A stretch of 60,149 bases of DNA, the filler included. It is 6 parts of 6 records of this genome, joined end to end, with 100 filler letters (N's around TTAATTAATTAA, not from the genome) between each part and the next. Parts side by side here need not be neighbours in the genome. Positions count along the whole stretch, not along the records: positions 1 to 22,272 come from SRR31147125_9525; 5 more parts are not named here. One strand, written 5' to 3'. Positions 10,949 to 20,823 of this stretch are shown one piece after another (the first letter of the stretch is position 1; each line of letters starts with the position of its first letter). A program made the position numbers and the translations under genes. The notes under the pieces were generated by a model. The model was not told the origin of the DNA. It did not search any database and worked only from the letters and a program-made list of their open reading frames with translations.

Positions 10949-12289
10949 ATGAAACGAAAATGGTATAACGTAATGACCCTGGTTCTTTTGTTTTTCTCGT
11001 TTGCGATTGTTGCCCATGCAGAAACTATTTCTCCACGAAAGATCAGCCTGAAAGATGCTGTCAAGCTGGCAAAAGAAAGCAACTATGATATTAAATTAGC
11101 TTCTACAGAGATAGATAAAATGGAATCCGAGCAAAATAAAACTCTTTCTGCATTTCTGCCTCAGATTACTATTTCTGAAACATTCACGAAAACAAATGAT
11201 CCTTTGAATGTTTTTGGATTTAAACTCAAACAAGAGGTTGTTTCTGCGTCTGATTTTAATCCTGTGTTATTAAATAATCCAGATGAATTTGATAATTACA
11301 CAACAAAAGTAAGCTTAATGCAGCCCCTCATCAATCTGGATGGATTTTTTGCACGAAGCGCTGCTCATAATGGTGTAAAAGCGGTTGAACTGCAAAAAAA
11401 GCGAACAGAACATTTTATCGAGTTTCAGGTTAAGCAAAACTATTATCAACTGGTGCTTGCCAGAGAGAGTCTCAAAGTTATAACTCAAGCTCTCAAGGTT
11501 GCTAAATTAAATCGCGACCAGGCGCAAAATTATTACCAGGAAGATATTATCAACAAGGCGGATTTCCTGCAAGCGGAAGTAAGAGTAGCTGAACTGGAAA
11601 GTAAAAAAGTTGAAATTGAAAATAATGTAGATTATGCTAATAATAATCTAAAATTCCTATTAGGATTGGATGATGCAACTATTTTTGAACCGGCAGATAC
11701 CTTGTCATATAATAATGTACAAGTTGAGGAAAAAAATTTAAAAAATATAAATTTAAAACGTTCAGATATGCAGGCATTGCGTTATAATATTCAATCATTG
11801 GAAAAAACAGTCAAAATGAATTCGCTAAAGTTTGTCCCTAGACTAAACGCGTTTGCCAGTTATGAATTAAATGATAAAAACACGTTTGGTAACCATGGTA
11901 AAAGCTGGATGGTGGGAGGTATGTTAAAATGGGATATTTTTAACGGATTCAAAAATATTGGAGAGATCCAAAAATCAAAAGCACAATTAAACAGTGTAAA
12001 AGTGACTCTGGAAAAAACGATGCATAAAAACAAAGTGGAAATTGATTCCGCACTGCGTAATCTTGAAAGCATGAAAAAGAGGATCCAATTGGCTGAAAAT
12101 GCTGTCAAGCAGGCGGATGAACGTTTGAGAATTATGAGTGACCGTTTTAAAAATGGTCTGGAAAAGACGACTGATGTTTTAAACGCGGAAGTATCATCTG
12201 CTAATTCTCAATTGGATTATTTAAATACATTGTACCACTATAACCTGAGCATTTTTCAAATCGAATTATTAACAGAAAAAGAAATTTAA
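10949..12289 (+). CDS. TolC family outer-membrane efflux protein
   Basis: Signal peptide, ISLKDAVKLA, FLPQITI, KWDIFNGF, helical repeats; RBS AAGGAG. Confidence 0.92.
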   Translation: MKRKWYNVMTLVLLFFSFAIVAHAETISPRKISLKDAVKLAKESNYDIKLASTEIDKMESEQNKTLSAFLPQITISETFTKTNDPLNVFGFKLKQEVVSASDFNPVLLNNPDEFDNYTTKVSLMQPLINLDGFFARSAAHNGVKAVELQKKRTEHFIEFQVKQNYYQLVLARESLKVITQALKVAKLNRDQAQNYYQEDIINKADFLQAEVRVAELESKKVEIENNVDYANNNLKFLLGLDDATIFEPADTLSYNNVQVEEKNLKNINLKRSDMQALRYNIQSLEKTVKMNSLKFVPRLNAFASYELNDKNTFGNHGKSWMVGGMLKWDIFNGFKNIGEIQKSKAQLNSVKVTLEKTMHKNKVEIDSALRNLESMKKRIQLAENAVKQADERLRIMSDRFKNGLEKTTDVLNAEVSSANSQLDYLNTLYHYNLSIFQIELLTEKEI

Positions 12290-12338
12290 AACTCTTAACA
12301 TGAAATTTTATTTAACTTTACTATAAAGGGAGTAACTG

Positions 12339-13427
12339 ATGATAAAAAGAAGAATTTATTCGTTTGCAGCCATACTTTCAATCACACTAGTGTTTTTTGT
12401 TGCTTGTGGAGATCAGGAATCCACTGCAGATAATAAAACAAATGCCGTAAAAGTAAAAGCGCAAGTTGCTACAATCAAACAGGTACCAACAGAATATGTT
12501 TTTACAGGCAGTATTGAAGGAGATAAAAAAGTAAAACTTTCCACTAAAATAATTGGAAACATCACCTATATGCCTTTTGAAGAAGGAACAAAGATAACAG
12601 CAGGGCAGAGTCTGATAAAAATCAAAAGCACTGATCTGGAAGCCAAAAAGTCTCAGGTTAGAGCCAACCTTGCTGAGGCTGAAGCAGCATTTAACAATGC
12701 TGAAATTAATTACAATCGTATGAAGAATCTCTATGAAAAAAAGAGTGCTACCAAAAAGGAATTCGATGATACTGAAACAGCCTATACCATGGCGCAGGCG
12801 AAAATAAAGGCTATCCAAAGCATGGAAAAAGAGGTGAATGATCATTTGAGTTACACAGATATTCTTTCTCCAATAGATGGTTATATTGTTCAAAAACGGG
12901 CGGAAAAAGGTGATCTTGCAACTCCTGGTGTGCCACTTTTAGTTGTTGAGGATTTGAAAAATATGAAAGTTGTGACAAAGGTGCCTGAAAATCAGGTTTC
13001 TCTTTTCGAAAAAGGAAATAAAGTAAAAGTGATTGTTGATGCTGTCAATGGTTTAGAGTTAAATGGCGTAGTTGATCAGATAAATCCTGCCGGTAATTCA
13101 TCCAGTCGTCAGTTTAATGTCAAAATTATGTTATCCGGGCAAGAAAACAATCTTGAAAATGTGAAATCCGGAATGTATGCAAAAGTTACATTGCAAAAGG
13201 GACACAAAACGATGATTACTATCCCGGAAAACTGGATTGTAGAAAGAGGGCAATTAAAAGGAATTTATACCATTAATAATTTACAGGAAGCTTCACTGCG
13301 ATGGATCCGCACTGGTAAAAAGATCGCTGATGAAATTGAAGTACTGTCCGGACTTGCACAAGGTGAACATATTATTGCATTTGCCGATAATGTAAGAGAT
13401 GGTCAAAAGGTGGAGGTCGTAGAATGA
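12339..13427 (+). CDS. RND periplasmic adaptor (membrane fusion lipoprotein)
   Basis: Lipobox FVAC, lipoyl halves flanking a coiled coil, ILSPIDGYI, KSGMYA, EVLSGL. Confidence 0.93.
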   Translation: MIKRRIYSFAAILSITLVFFVACGDQESTADNKTNAVKVKAQVATIKQVPTEYVFTGSIEGDKKVKLSTKIIGNITYMPFEEGTKITAGQSLIKIKSTDLEAKKSQVRANLAEAEAAFNNAEINYNRMKNLYEKKSATKKEFDDTETAYTMAQAKIKAIQSMEKEVNDHLSYTDILSPIDGYIVQKRAEKGDLATPGVPLLVVEDLKNMKVVTKVPENQVSLFEKGNKVKVIVDAVNGLELNGVVDQINPAGNSSSRQFNVKIMLSGQENNLENVKSGMYAKVTLQKGHKTMITIPENWIVERGQLKGIYTINNLQEASLRWIRTGKKIADEIEVLSGLAQGEHIIAFADNVRDGQKVEVVE

Positions 13428-16400
13428 AGACAGGACTTGCAGGAAAACTGGCGCGAGCATTTATAAATTCAAAAATAACGCCACTCTTAATTGCGGCTTT
13501 TTTAGCCATAGGGATTTACAGCACCTATTTAACACCCAGTGAAGAAGAACCGCAAATAAATGTTCCTATGGCTGATATTTTTATTGGGTACCAGGGCGCA
13601 GATGCGAAAGAGGTAGAAAAACGAGTTGTAGAGCCTCTGGAAAAGATTATTTCCAATATTCATGGTGTGGAATATGTTTATTCCACGTCTATGCCCGAAC
13701 AAGCCATGGTGATTGTCAGGTATTATGTAGGAGAGGATGTAGAGAAGAGTCTGTTTAAACTGTATAATGAAATACAGAAAAACATGGATAAAATGCCCTC
13801 TGGCGTCACAATGCCTCTTATTAAAACAAAATCCATAGATGACGTACCCATACTTGGTATGACGTTGTGGAGTGATAAATACAGTGATTATGAACTAAGA
13901 CGTGTGGCAACAGAACTCGCAAATGAAATTAAGAAAACGGATCATGTTGCTGAAACAAATGTTATTGGTGGTAGAACACGGCAACTCAGTGTCATTTTAG
14001 ACAAAAATAAAATGACGGGCTATCAGATAGATCCATTAATAATTGCTGCGCAGATTAAAAGTTCGAATCAACAGTCCAGTACCGGAAAATACAATTCAGG
14101 TGATGTTGAATACCTGGTTGAGACCGGAAATTTTATAACCACAGCCGAGGATCTGGAAAATCTTGTTGTTGGTGTTTATCAGGGTAATCCTGTTTACTTG
14201 AGAAATGTGGCACAAATCATCGATGGACCAGCCGAACCTGGCGAGTATGTGAACTTTGGGCATGGATCCGCACTTTTAACGGAAAACCAGGGTAAAAGCA
14301 GGGAGGAGTACCCGGCTGTTACCATTTCCGTCTCCAAGCGTAAAGGCACAGACGCAAAAAAAATCGCGAATGAGGTTCTTAAAAAGACAGAAAATCTGAA
14401 AGGCGTTTTAATACCTCAGGATATTAATGTATCCATTACACGAAATTATGGCGAAACTGCATCAGAAAAAGTAACGGAACTTTTGAAACATCTCTTTGGT
14501 GCTATTTTAGCTGTTACAATAATTGTTGGCCTTTCCATGGGATGGCGTGGCGGACTTGTTGTTTTTGCTTCCGTTCCGATTACATTCGCCCTGACACTTT
14601 TTGTTTATTATATGTTTGGCTATACGCTCAATCGAATCACCTTGTTTGCGCTTGTTTTTGTAACCGGTATTGTTGTTGATGATTCGATCATTATTGCGGA
14701 GAATATGCACCGTCATTTTAAAATGAAGCGACTGCCATTTCTTCAGGCAGCTATAGCTTCTATAGATGAAGTGGGAAATCCGACAATTTTGGCCACATTT
14801 ACGGTTATAGCAGCTGTTTTACCCATGGCATTTGTTTCCGGTCTGATGGGTCCATATATGAGTCCGATGCCAATCGGCGCTGCCCTGGCCATGATGTTTT
14901 CTCTTTTAGTTGCGTTAACCATAACTCCCTGGCTGGCTTACAGACTGCTCAAAAATGATCCGCATAATACTGATAAAGAAAAAAAATATCGTCTGGAAGA
15001 TACATTTATATATCGAGTGTATGCGGCAACCATGAGACCATTGTTAGCAAGTCCACGAAAGAGATGGATGTTTATCGGAGGAACAACATTTCTGCTTCTG
15101 GCATCTATGTCACTTGTCTATTTTAAACTTGTAGCAGTCAAGATGCTGCCGTTTGATAATAAGAATGAGATCCAGGTTATTATTGACATGCCGGAAGGAA
15201 CGACACTTGAAAGAACAGCTATTGTGACAAAAGAAATAGCCAGTTATTTAAGAACCCAGCCGGAAGTTGTAAATTATCAAACATATTCCGGAACAGCAGC
15301 TCCGATAAATTTTAATGGTCTTGTACGGCATTATGATTTGAGGAGAGGCTCAAACGTTGCTGATATTCAATTAAATTTATTGCCAAAACATGATCGAAAG
15401 GATCAAAGTCACGCTATTGCCAAAAGAATCCGGCCGGAAGTGCAAAAGATAGCCAAAAGATATAATGCTAATGTAAAAATTGCAGAAGTTCCACCTGGAC
15501 CTCCTGTGATTGCCACGCTTGTCGCTGAAGTGTATGGTCCGACATATGAAGAACAAATAGATATGGCTCAGAAAGTCAAAGATATTTTTGAGAGTACCGA
15601 AGGTGTTGTGGATGTTGACTGGCTGGTGGAAGAGGATCAAACAGAGTTCAAGTTTGAGATCGATAAGGAAAAAGCAATGCTGTCCGGAGTTAGTACACAG
15701 CAAATTGTTCATGCTCTGAATATGTCTTTAAGAGGCATGGATGTATCCGTTCTGAATCAGCCTAATGAATTGGAGGCTGTCCACATTCATTTGAAACTGC
15801 CTGAAAATGAACGATCGAGCCTGACTGATTTAGCCAGTCTTCACATAAAATCAATGAATGGGAATATGGTTTCGATTTCAGATCTGGTGCATATCAAAGA
15901 ACAGAAACAGGACAAAAACATATACCATAAAAATCAAAAACGAGTCATTTATGTCACAGCCGATGTTGCAGGAAAACTCGAGAGTCCCGTTTATGCCATC
16001 ATGGATATCGATGAAAAAATCGCTGAAAACAAACTTGATCTGAAAAGCTATTATACAAAACAACCTTTTATGGAAGAGGAATTAGCCATGAAATGGGATG
16101 GTGAATGGCATATTACTTTTGAGGTTTTTCGGGATTTGGGTGCAGCTTTTGCCGTTGTTCTGCTTATTATCTATATGTTGATTATTGGTTGGTTTCAGTC
16201 ATTCAAAGTTCCGATCGTAATGATGGTAGCCATTCCGCTTTCATTGATTGGCATCCTTGTGGGACATTTTCTGTTTGACGCGTTTTTTACAGCCACATCA
16301 ATGATAGGCCTGATCGCACTTGCCGGTATTATGGTTCGAAATTCTGTTTTATTAATTGATTTCATCAATCTCAGGTTGGAAGAAGGTGTTCCACTCAAGC

Positions 16401-16720
16401 AAGCTGTTGTGGAAGCTGGAGCCGTTCGAACAACACCAATTTTACTGACAGCAGGAACGGTTGTCATCGGTGCTTTTGTTATCATATTCGATCCAATTTT
16501 TCAAGGATTGGCGATCTCTTTAATGGGAGGTTCCATTGCTTCAACTGCCTTGACTTTGCTGATTGTTCCATTATTATACTATATGACTGAAAAGAAAAAT
16601 CATGAAGAGCAAGTGTCACGGAACAAGAATGGTAAAATTGAAATTGATCCGAATTGTGAGGCTGATTTACCGAAAAAAGAGGAATTAAAGCTTTTTTATG
16701 AGGATGGTAATAATTTATAA
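13424..16720 (+). CDS. RND permease (AcrB/AcrD/AcrF family)
   Basis: EEEPQINVPM, TM4 GIVVDDSIIIAEN, TM10 GIMVRNSVLLIDF, RTTPILLT; ATGA overlap with the adaptor gene. Confidence 0.96.
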   Translation: MKTGLAGKLARAFINSKITPLLIAAFLAIGIYSTYLTPSEEEPQINVPMADIFIGYQGADAKEVEKRVVEPLEKIISNIHGVEYVYSTSMPEQAMVIVRYYVGEDVEKSLFKLYNEIQKNMDKMPSGVTMPLIKTKSIDDVPILGMTLWSDKYSDYELRRVATELANEIKKTDHVAETNVIGGRTRQLSVILDKNKMTGYQIDPLIIAAQIKSSNQQSSTGKYNSGDVEYLVETGNFITTAEDLENLVVGVYQGNPVYLRNVAQIIDGPAEPGEYVNFGHGSALLTENQGKSREEYPAVTISVSKRKGTDAKKIANEVLKKTENLKGVLIPQDINVSITRNYGETASEKVTELLKHLFGAILAVTIIVGLSMGWRGGLVVFASVPITFALTLFVYYMFGYTLNRITLFALVFVTGIVVDDSIIIAENMHRHFKMKRLPFLQAAIASIDEVGNPTILATFTVIAAVLPMAFVSGLMGPYMSPMPIGAALAMMFSLLVALTITPWLAYRLLKNDPHNTDKEKKYRLEDTFIYRVYAATMRPLLASPRKRWMFIGGTTFLLLASMSLVYFKLVAVKMLPFDNKNEIQVIIDMPEGTTLERTAIVTKEIASYLRTQPEVVNYQTYSGTAAPINFNGLVRHYDLRRGSNVADIQLNLLPKHDRKDQSHAIAKRIRPEVQKIAKRYNANVKIAEVPPGPPVIATLVAEVYGPTYEEQIDMAQKVKDIFESTEGVVDVDWLVEEDQTEFKFEIDKEKAMLSGVSTQQIVHALNMSLRGMDVSVLNQPNELEAVHIHLKLPENERSSLTDLASLHIKSMNGNMVSISDLVHIKEQKQDKNIYHKNQKRVIYVTADVAGKLESPVYAIMDIDEKIAENKLDLKSYYTKQPFMEEELAMKWDGEWHITFEVFRDLGAAFAVVLLIIYMLIIGWFQSFKVPIVMMVAIPLSLIGILVGHFLFDAFFTATSMIGLIALAGIMVRNSVLLIDFINLRLEEGVPLKQAVVEAGAVRTTPILLTAGTVVIGAFVIIFDPIFQGLAISLMGGSIASTALTLLIVPLLYYMTEKKNHEEQVSRNKNGKIEIDPNCEADLPKKEELKLFYEDGNNL

Positions 16721-16735
16721 TAGGAGGGAAAAACA

Positions 16736-17041
16736 ATGAAACTGATCGTGGTTATGACGATGGATCAATATGTTGATAGTTTAAGGAAATTATTTGCAAA
16801 ACATAAAGTTCCGGCATATAGTGAATCTGAAATTAGTGGTTTTAGACTTTTTCATGATGAAGATGAGCAAAATAATTGGTTTGGTCAAAATCAACGTCCT
16901 GTTTCATCCAAAATGCTATTCTCTCTTGTAGAGAAGAAAAAGGCTAATGAGCTTATGTCTAGTATTCAGGAATATTCAAATGCGTGCACCAACCCTAATC
17001 CGTTTCGTGCTTTTCAACTAGAGGTGGAAAAAGCCATATAA
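16736..17041 (+). CDS. Small PII-like (GlnB-fold) protein
   Basis: 101 aa, MKLIVV start, ISGFR before a T-loop-like segment, FRAFQLEVEKAI end; strong RBS AGGAGG. Confidence 0.55.
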   Translation: MKLIVVMTMDQYVDSLRKLFAKHKVPAYSESEISGFRLFHDEDEQNNWFGQNQRPVSSKMLFSLVEKKKANELMSSIQEYSNACTNPNPFRAFQLEVEKAI

Positions 17042-17057
17042 ATTCGTGGAGATATGA

Positions 17058-17474
17058 ATGGGAGAGAAGATACAGATATTGATAGTAGGAGCTGATAAAA
17101 TTGGGACGCATTTGTTGACTGTCTTCAAGGATATCCCGAATGTTGATATAGTTGGAATTGTTGACAATAATCCCGATGCCATGGGATTAGCGTTGGCAAA
17201 AAAAGAAGGTATTCCAACAGGCATGAGTTGCAAAAGTTTTTGCAAAACTGGTAATATAGATATTATTTTGAATGTATCCAATAATCCTGAATTGCCAGAA
17301 TACTTTACAAAATATAAACCTTATCATACTGAAATTGTTAATGGGACAAGTGTGAGCCTGATGGGTATCCTTTTACAGGAATATAAAAACAAGGAGCATA
17401 TTGAACAAAAATACAATATCGTTAAACAAAAGCTGGAAAGTGTAAATAAAGAATTACTTAAAGTATTTGTTTAA
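17058..17474 (+). CDS. Stand-alone Rossmann-like NAD(P)-binding sensor domain with short coiled coil
   Basis: ILIVGADKIG..VDIVGIVDNNPDAMGLALAKKEGIPT resembles the N-terminal domain of some sigma54 activators and cyclases. Confidence 0.6.
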   Translation: MGEKIQILIVGADKIGTHLLTVFKDIPNVDIVGIVDNNPDAMGLALAKKEGIPTGMSCKSFCKTGNIDIILNVSNNPELPEYFTKYKPYHTEIVNGTSVSLMGILLQEYKNKEHIEQKYNIVKQKLESVNKELLKVFV

Positions 17475-17507
17475 GTGATAATTTTATTATTTTGAAGGAG
17501 ATAATAT

Positions 17508-17723
17508 ATGATTGAAAGAATGATTAGAGCCATAGCTGGTATTTTTATTTTGACAAGTCTGGCACTGGGATATTTTGTGAGTCCTTACTGGTTTTTATTT
17601 ACAGCATTTGTGGGGCTTAATCTTTTGCAATCTTCCATTACCAAATGGTGTTTGATGGAGGATATTTTAAAGAAAATTTTCTCTGAAAAAAAGGAATTGG
17701 CCGGTTCAACTGCACGGTCATGA
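17508..17723 (+). CDS. DUF2892 / YgaP-like membrane protein
   Basis: IERMIRAIAG..FVGLNLLQSSITKWC, two TM helices with conserved Cys; RBS AAGGAG. Confidence 0.9.
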   Translation: MIERMIRAIAGIFILTSLALGYFVSPYWFLFTAFVGLNLLQSSITKWCLMEDILKKIFSEKKELAGSTARS

Positions 17724-17774
17724 AGCGGCTTATGTCATTATCTATCTGGAGAATAATTGATTAAAGAAATGGAT

Positions 17775-17813
17775 TTAGCACAGGGCATATGAAATTTGAT
17801 TGTCCTGTGCTAA
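17775..17813. terminator. Stem-loop between convergent operons
   Basis: TTAGCACAGGGCA-13 nt-TGTCCTGTGCTAA. Confidence 0.6.
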
Positions 17814-17927
17814 TACCAGGGTACAAAAGTAATTTATATGAACTATAATTAATACTTTTTTATTTTTACGAATATGTCTTGTTTTACCATTGTCTTTTAA
17901 TTCCACTATATGAGTCATTCAAAGGCG

Positions 17928-18406
17928 TTATTTGGCTAAAGACCTGAGTAATTCATTTAATTGTTCGACGTGTTCTTCTTCTTCTTCGATGGTCAAATCA
18001 ACAAAAGGTAATTCAGAACTGTCTATATGTTTCTTTAATTCATTTAACAGTTTTAGTGTTGCTTCTTCAGTTTTGAGGGCATATTCAAGTGCTTCTTTAT
18101 CGGTTTTGGAATTCGCTAAAAGGATGGCATGATCCTCATCTTTAAACATTATGCTTCCTTGTAAAGATTTTATGTACGCATCAAGCTCACCTGGATATGT
18201 TTCTTCCGGTTCCCGTACTTCAACCTGTTGTAAAAGCTCGGTAAATCGGTTTTCGTGATTTTTTCCTGTGCTGAAATTTCCAGTAACGTTTCCTTTAGAT
18301 TTTTGTTTTTTGTTGCATCCGCAACAGCCTGATAAAACGCGGCACCATTATGCTCTTCGGCAATATTTATCTCGAGAATTTCACTTGCTAAAAAAAGATT
18401 TGACAT
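17928..18406 (-). CDS. Rubrerythrin/ferritin-like di-iron protein, split by a 1-nt frameshift
   Basis: EEHNGAAFY..QEK(N)HENRF..ALKTEEAT..EEEEH; adding one A to the A6 run (18259-18264) joins ORFs 18170-18406 and 17928-18149. Confidence 0.8.
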
Positions 18407-18440
18407 ACTTTATTCCTTTCTGTTTTAGTATCCTTATTTT

Positions 18441-19448
18441 TTAACATATTCTCGGTAGGGATTCGCCCACAGGCATATCTATTAGCCGGGTTCCGCCGGT
18501 CAGTGTGGTCATAAGAACACGAGATTTACCTTTTATTACCTGGCCGATAATGGCTGCTTTTCTCCCAATTGAATAGCTCTTTAATATGGATACGATTTTA
18601 TCGGCATCTTTGGGATTTGCGAACAAAATCACTTTACCTTCATTGGCCAAAGTAAGCGGATCTAAACCTAAAATTTCACATCCAGCCTGAACGTTTTCTT
18701 CAAGGGGGAGATTCTGTTCGTCGATTTTAATTGTTAATTGAGAGGACATGGCTATTTCGTTTAAAGTTGATGCCAGTCCTCCGCGAGTCGGATCTCTCAT
18801 GGCATGTATATCAACTCCGGCTTTGATTAGTGCCTGAACAGGCTCATTAAGAGGAGCGACATCAGAGTTTAGCTCGATGTCCAGGCCCAGCTTTTCACGC
18901 GCAAGCATAACTGCTAAGCCGTGCTCGGCAATACCACCGTTAATAATTACAACATCATTCGGTTGAACATTACTACTGGAGATTGTCAATTCCTTATCAA
19001 AGAAACCAAGACCTGCTGTGTTTATAAATATTTTATCCGCAGCTCCTTTGGTGACCACTTTAGTGTCGCCGGCAACGATTTCAACGCCAGCACTTAAAGC
19101 AGTTTCTTGCATGGATTCGACAATAAGCTCAAGTTGCTTCATGTCAAAACCTTCTTCAATAATAAATCCCGCTGTGAGATAACGGGGTATGGCACCCTGG
19201 ACAGCCAGGTCATTGACAGTACCGCAAACAGCCAATTTACCGATATCACCGCCGGGAAAAAAAATTGGATCTACAACATATGAATCAGTTGTGAGCGCCA
19301 ATTTTGTTCCTACTCCATTTATAACAGCACTATCTTCCAGTTTATGTAAAAGGGGATTGGGGAAATGTCGTAAAAAGACATTTGCAACAAGGTCATGACT
19401 TAAAATTCCACCACTTCCATGGGCTAATTTTATTACATTGTTTGACAA
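18441..19448 (-). CDS. hypE: Hydrogenase maturation protein HypE
   Basis: LAHGSGG, TTDSYVVDPIFFPGGDIGKLAVCGTVNDLA, MRDPTRGG, C-terminal LPRIC. Confidence 0.98.
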   Translation of the reverse strand: MSNNVIKLAHGSGGILSHDLVANVFLRHFPNPLLHKLEDSAVINGVGTKLALTTDSYVVDPIFFPGGDIGKLAVCGTVNDLAVQGAIPRYLTAGFIIEEGFDMKQLELIVESMQETALSAGVEIVAGDTKVVTKGAADKIFINTAGLGFFDKELTISSSNVQPNDVVIINGGIAEHGLAVMLAREKLGLDIELNSDVAPLNEPVQALIKAGVDIHAMRDPTRGGLASTLNEIAMSSQLTIKIDEQNLPLEENVQAGCEILGLDPLTLANEGKVILFANPKDADKIVSILKSYSIGRKAAIIGQVIKGKSRVLMTTLTGGTRLIDMPVGESLPRIC

Positions 19449-19457
19449 GAGACACCT

Positions 19458-20553
19458 CTAATCCAATTCATGAGTCGAATATTTGAAATAAGCAGCACAA
19501 GTTCCTTCACTGGAAACCATACAAGCGCCAACAGGGGAGGTTGGTGTGCATTTGTTTCGAAATAATGGACATTGGTGTGGTTGTTTTTTTCCTTTTACAA
19601 CCTCTGCACACAGACATCCTTTTGGCTCCGGAGCTGGTAAGACAGAAAGATTAAAAGCGTGAAAAGCATCAAATTTTTTGTATTTATCCCTGATTTTCAG
19701 ACCACTTGAAGGAATGCGTCCGAATCCTCGCCAGTTTTCGTCACAGGGTTCAAAAACATTATTCAATAGTTGAATCGCTTTTGTATTACCCTGCTTTTTA
19801 ACAACCCGGTTATATTGAATCTCTACTTTTGATTTTCCATTTTTCAATTGTTTGCACAACATATAGATTCCTTGCAGGATATCAGCAGGTTCAAATCCGG
19901 CAATAACGCAGGCTTTGTTATATTCATCGACAAGAAATTGATAGGGCAAGGCGCCGATAATCGTGCTCACATGAGCGGGACAAATAAATGCATCGATTTG
20001 TAATTCCTCGTCATCCACAAGTGTTTTAAGGGCCTGAGGCATTGTTTTATGTAAACAGGCTACATAAAAATTCTTTATTTTTTTCATGAGCTTCCAAAAT
20101 TGCAGCGCCAACAGCAGGTGCCGTTGTTTCAAAGCCAATTCCAACAAACACAAAGTGTTTTTGCGGCTCTTTGTTTGCCATATCCAAAACATCCAATGGT
20201 GAATAGATAATTCTAATATCTTTTCCCAGGGCTCGTTCATTTTCCAGGCTGGAATGGCTTCCAGGCACGCGAATCATATCCCCAAATGTGCAAATAACCA
20301 TGTTTTCTTGTTGACATAATGAAATAATAGCATTCATTGAACCGGTAGCTGTTACACAAACCGGGCACCCCGGCCCTGAAACCAGTTTAATGTGATCTGG
20401 TAAAAGCTGAGGGATGGCGTGCCTGTGGATAGACATAGTATGTGTTCCACATACCTCCATGATAAAAATTGGTTGATTCGGGGTAACCGATTTTATATTT
20501 TGAACCAGATTTTTAAAGATTTCCGGGGATTGAAAGTCTGTTATATATTTCAT
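19458..20553 (-). CDS. hypD: Hydrogenase maturation protein HypD, frameshifted in an A7 run
   Basis: MEVCGTHT, GPGCPVC, GFETTAP in one frame; CPAHVS, GFEP, GACMVSSEGTCAAY in the next; the switch is at 20078-20084. Confidence 0.95.
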
Positions 20554-20560
20554 ACCTTTT

Positions 20561-20782
20561 TCACATGGTTGAGACATTATATTTCAGCATTAATTGGATC
20601 GTTTCCTCTGCTGTTTCCGCATCTATTCTCTCGATTGCAAAACCAGCGTGGACAATCACGTATTCACCAACCTTTACATCGTCAACAAGATGCAAACCGA
20701 TTTCCCTTTTTGCTCCTGCTGTTTCTGCGATAGCCCGGTCAGCATCAATGGATATTATTTTCATGGGAATGCCAAGACACAC
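20561..20782 (-). CDS. hypC: Hydrogenase chaperone HypC
   Basis: MCLGIP..VGEYVIVHAGFAIERID. Confidence 0.97.
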   Translation of the reverse strand: MCLGIPMKIISIDADRAIAETAGAKREIGLHLVDDVKVGEYVIVHAGFAIERIDAETAEETIQLMLKYNVSTM

Positions 20783-20823
20783 TTCAAACCTCCATTTTTA
20801 GAATCGTTTAAAACATACTTGTA

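Noticed and set aside
20078-20084. Programmed frameshift or phase variation in hypD
   Set aside because: The same homopolymer-indel pattern appears in unrelated contigs, so sequencing error is more parsimonious
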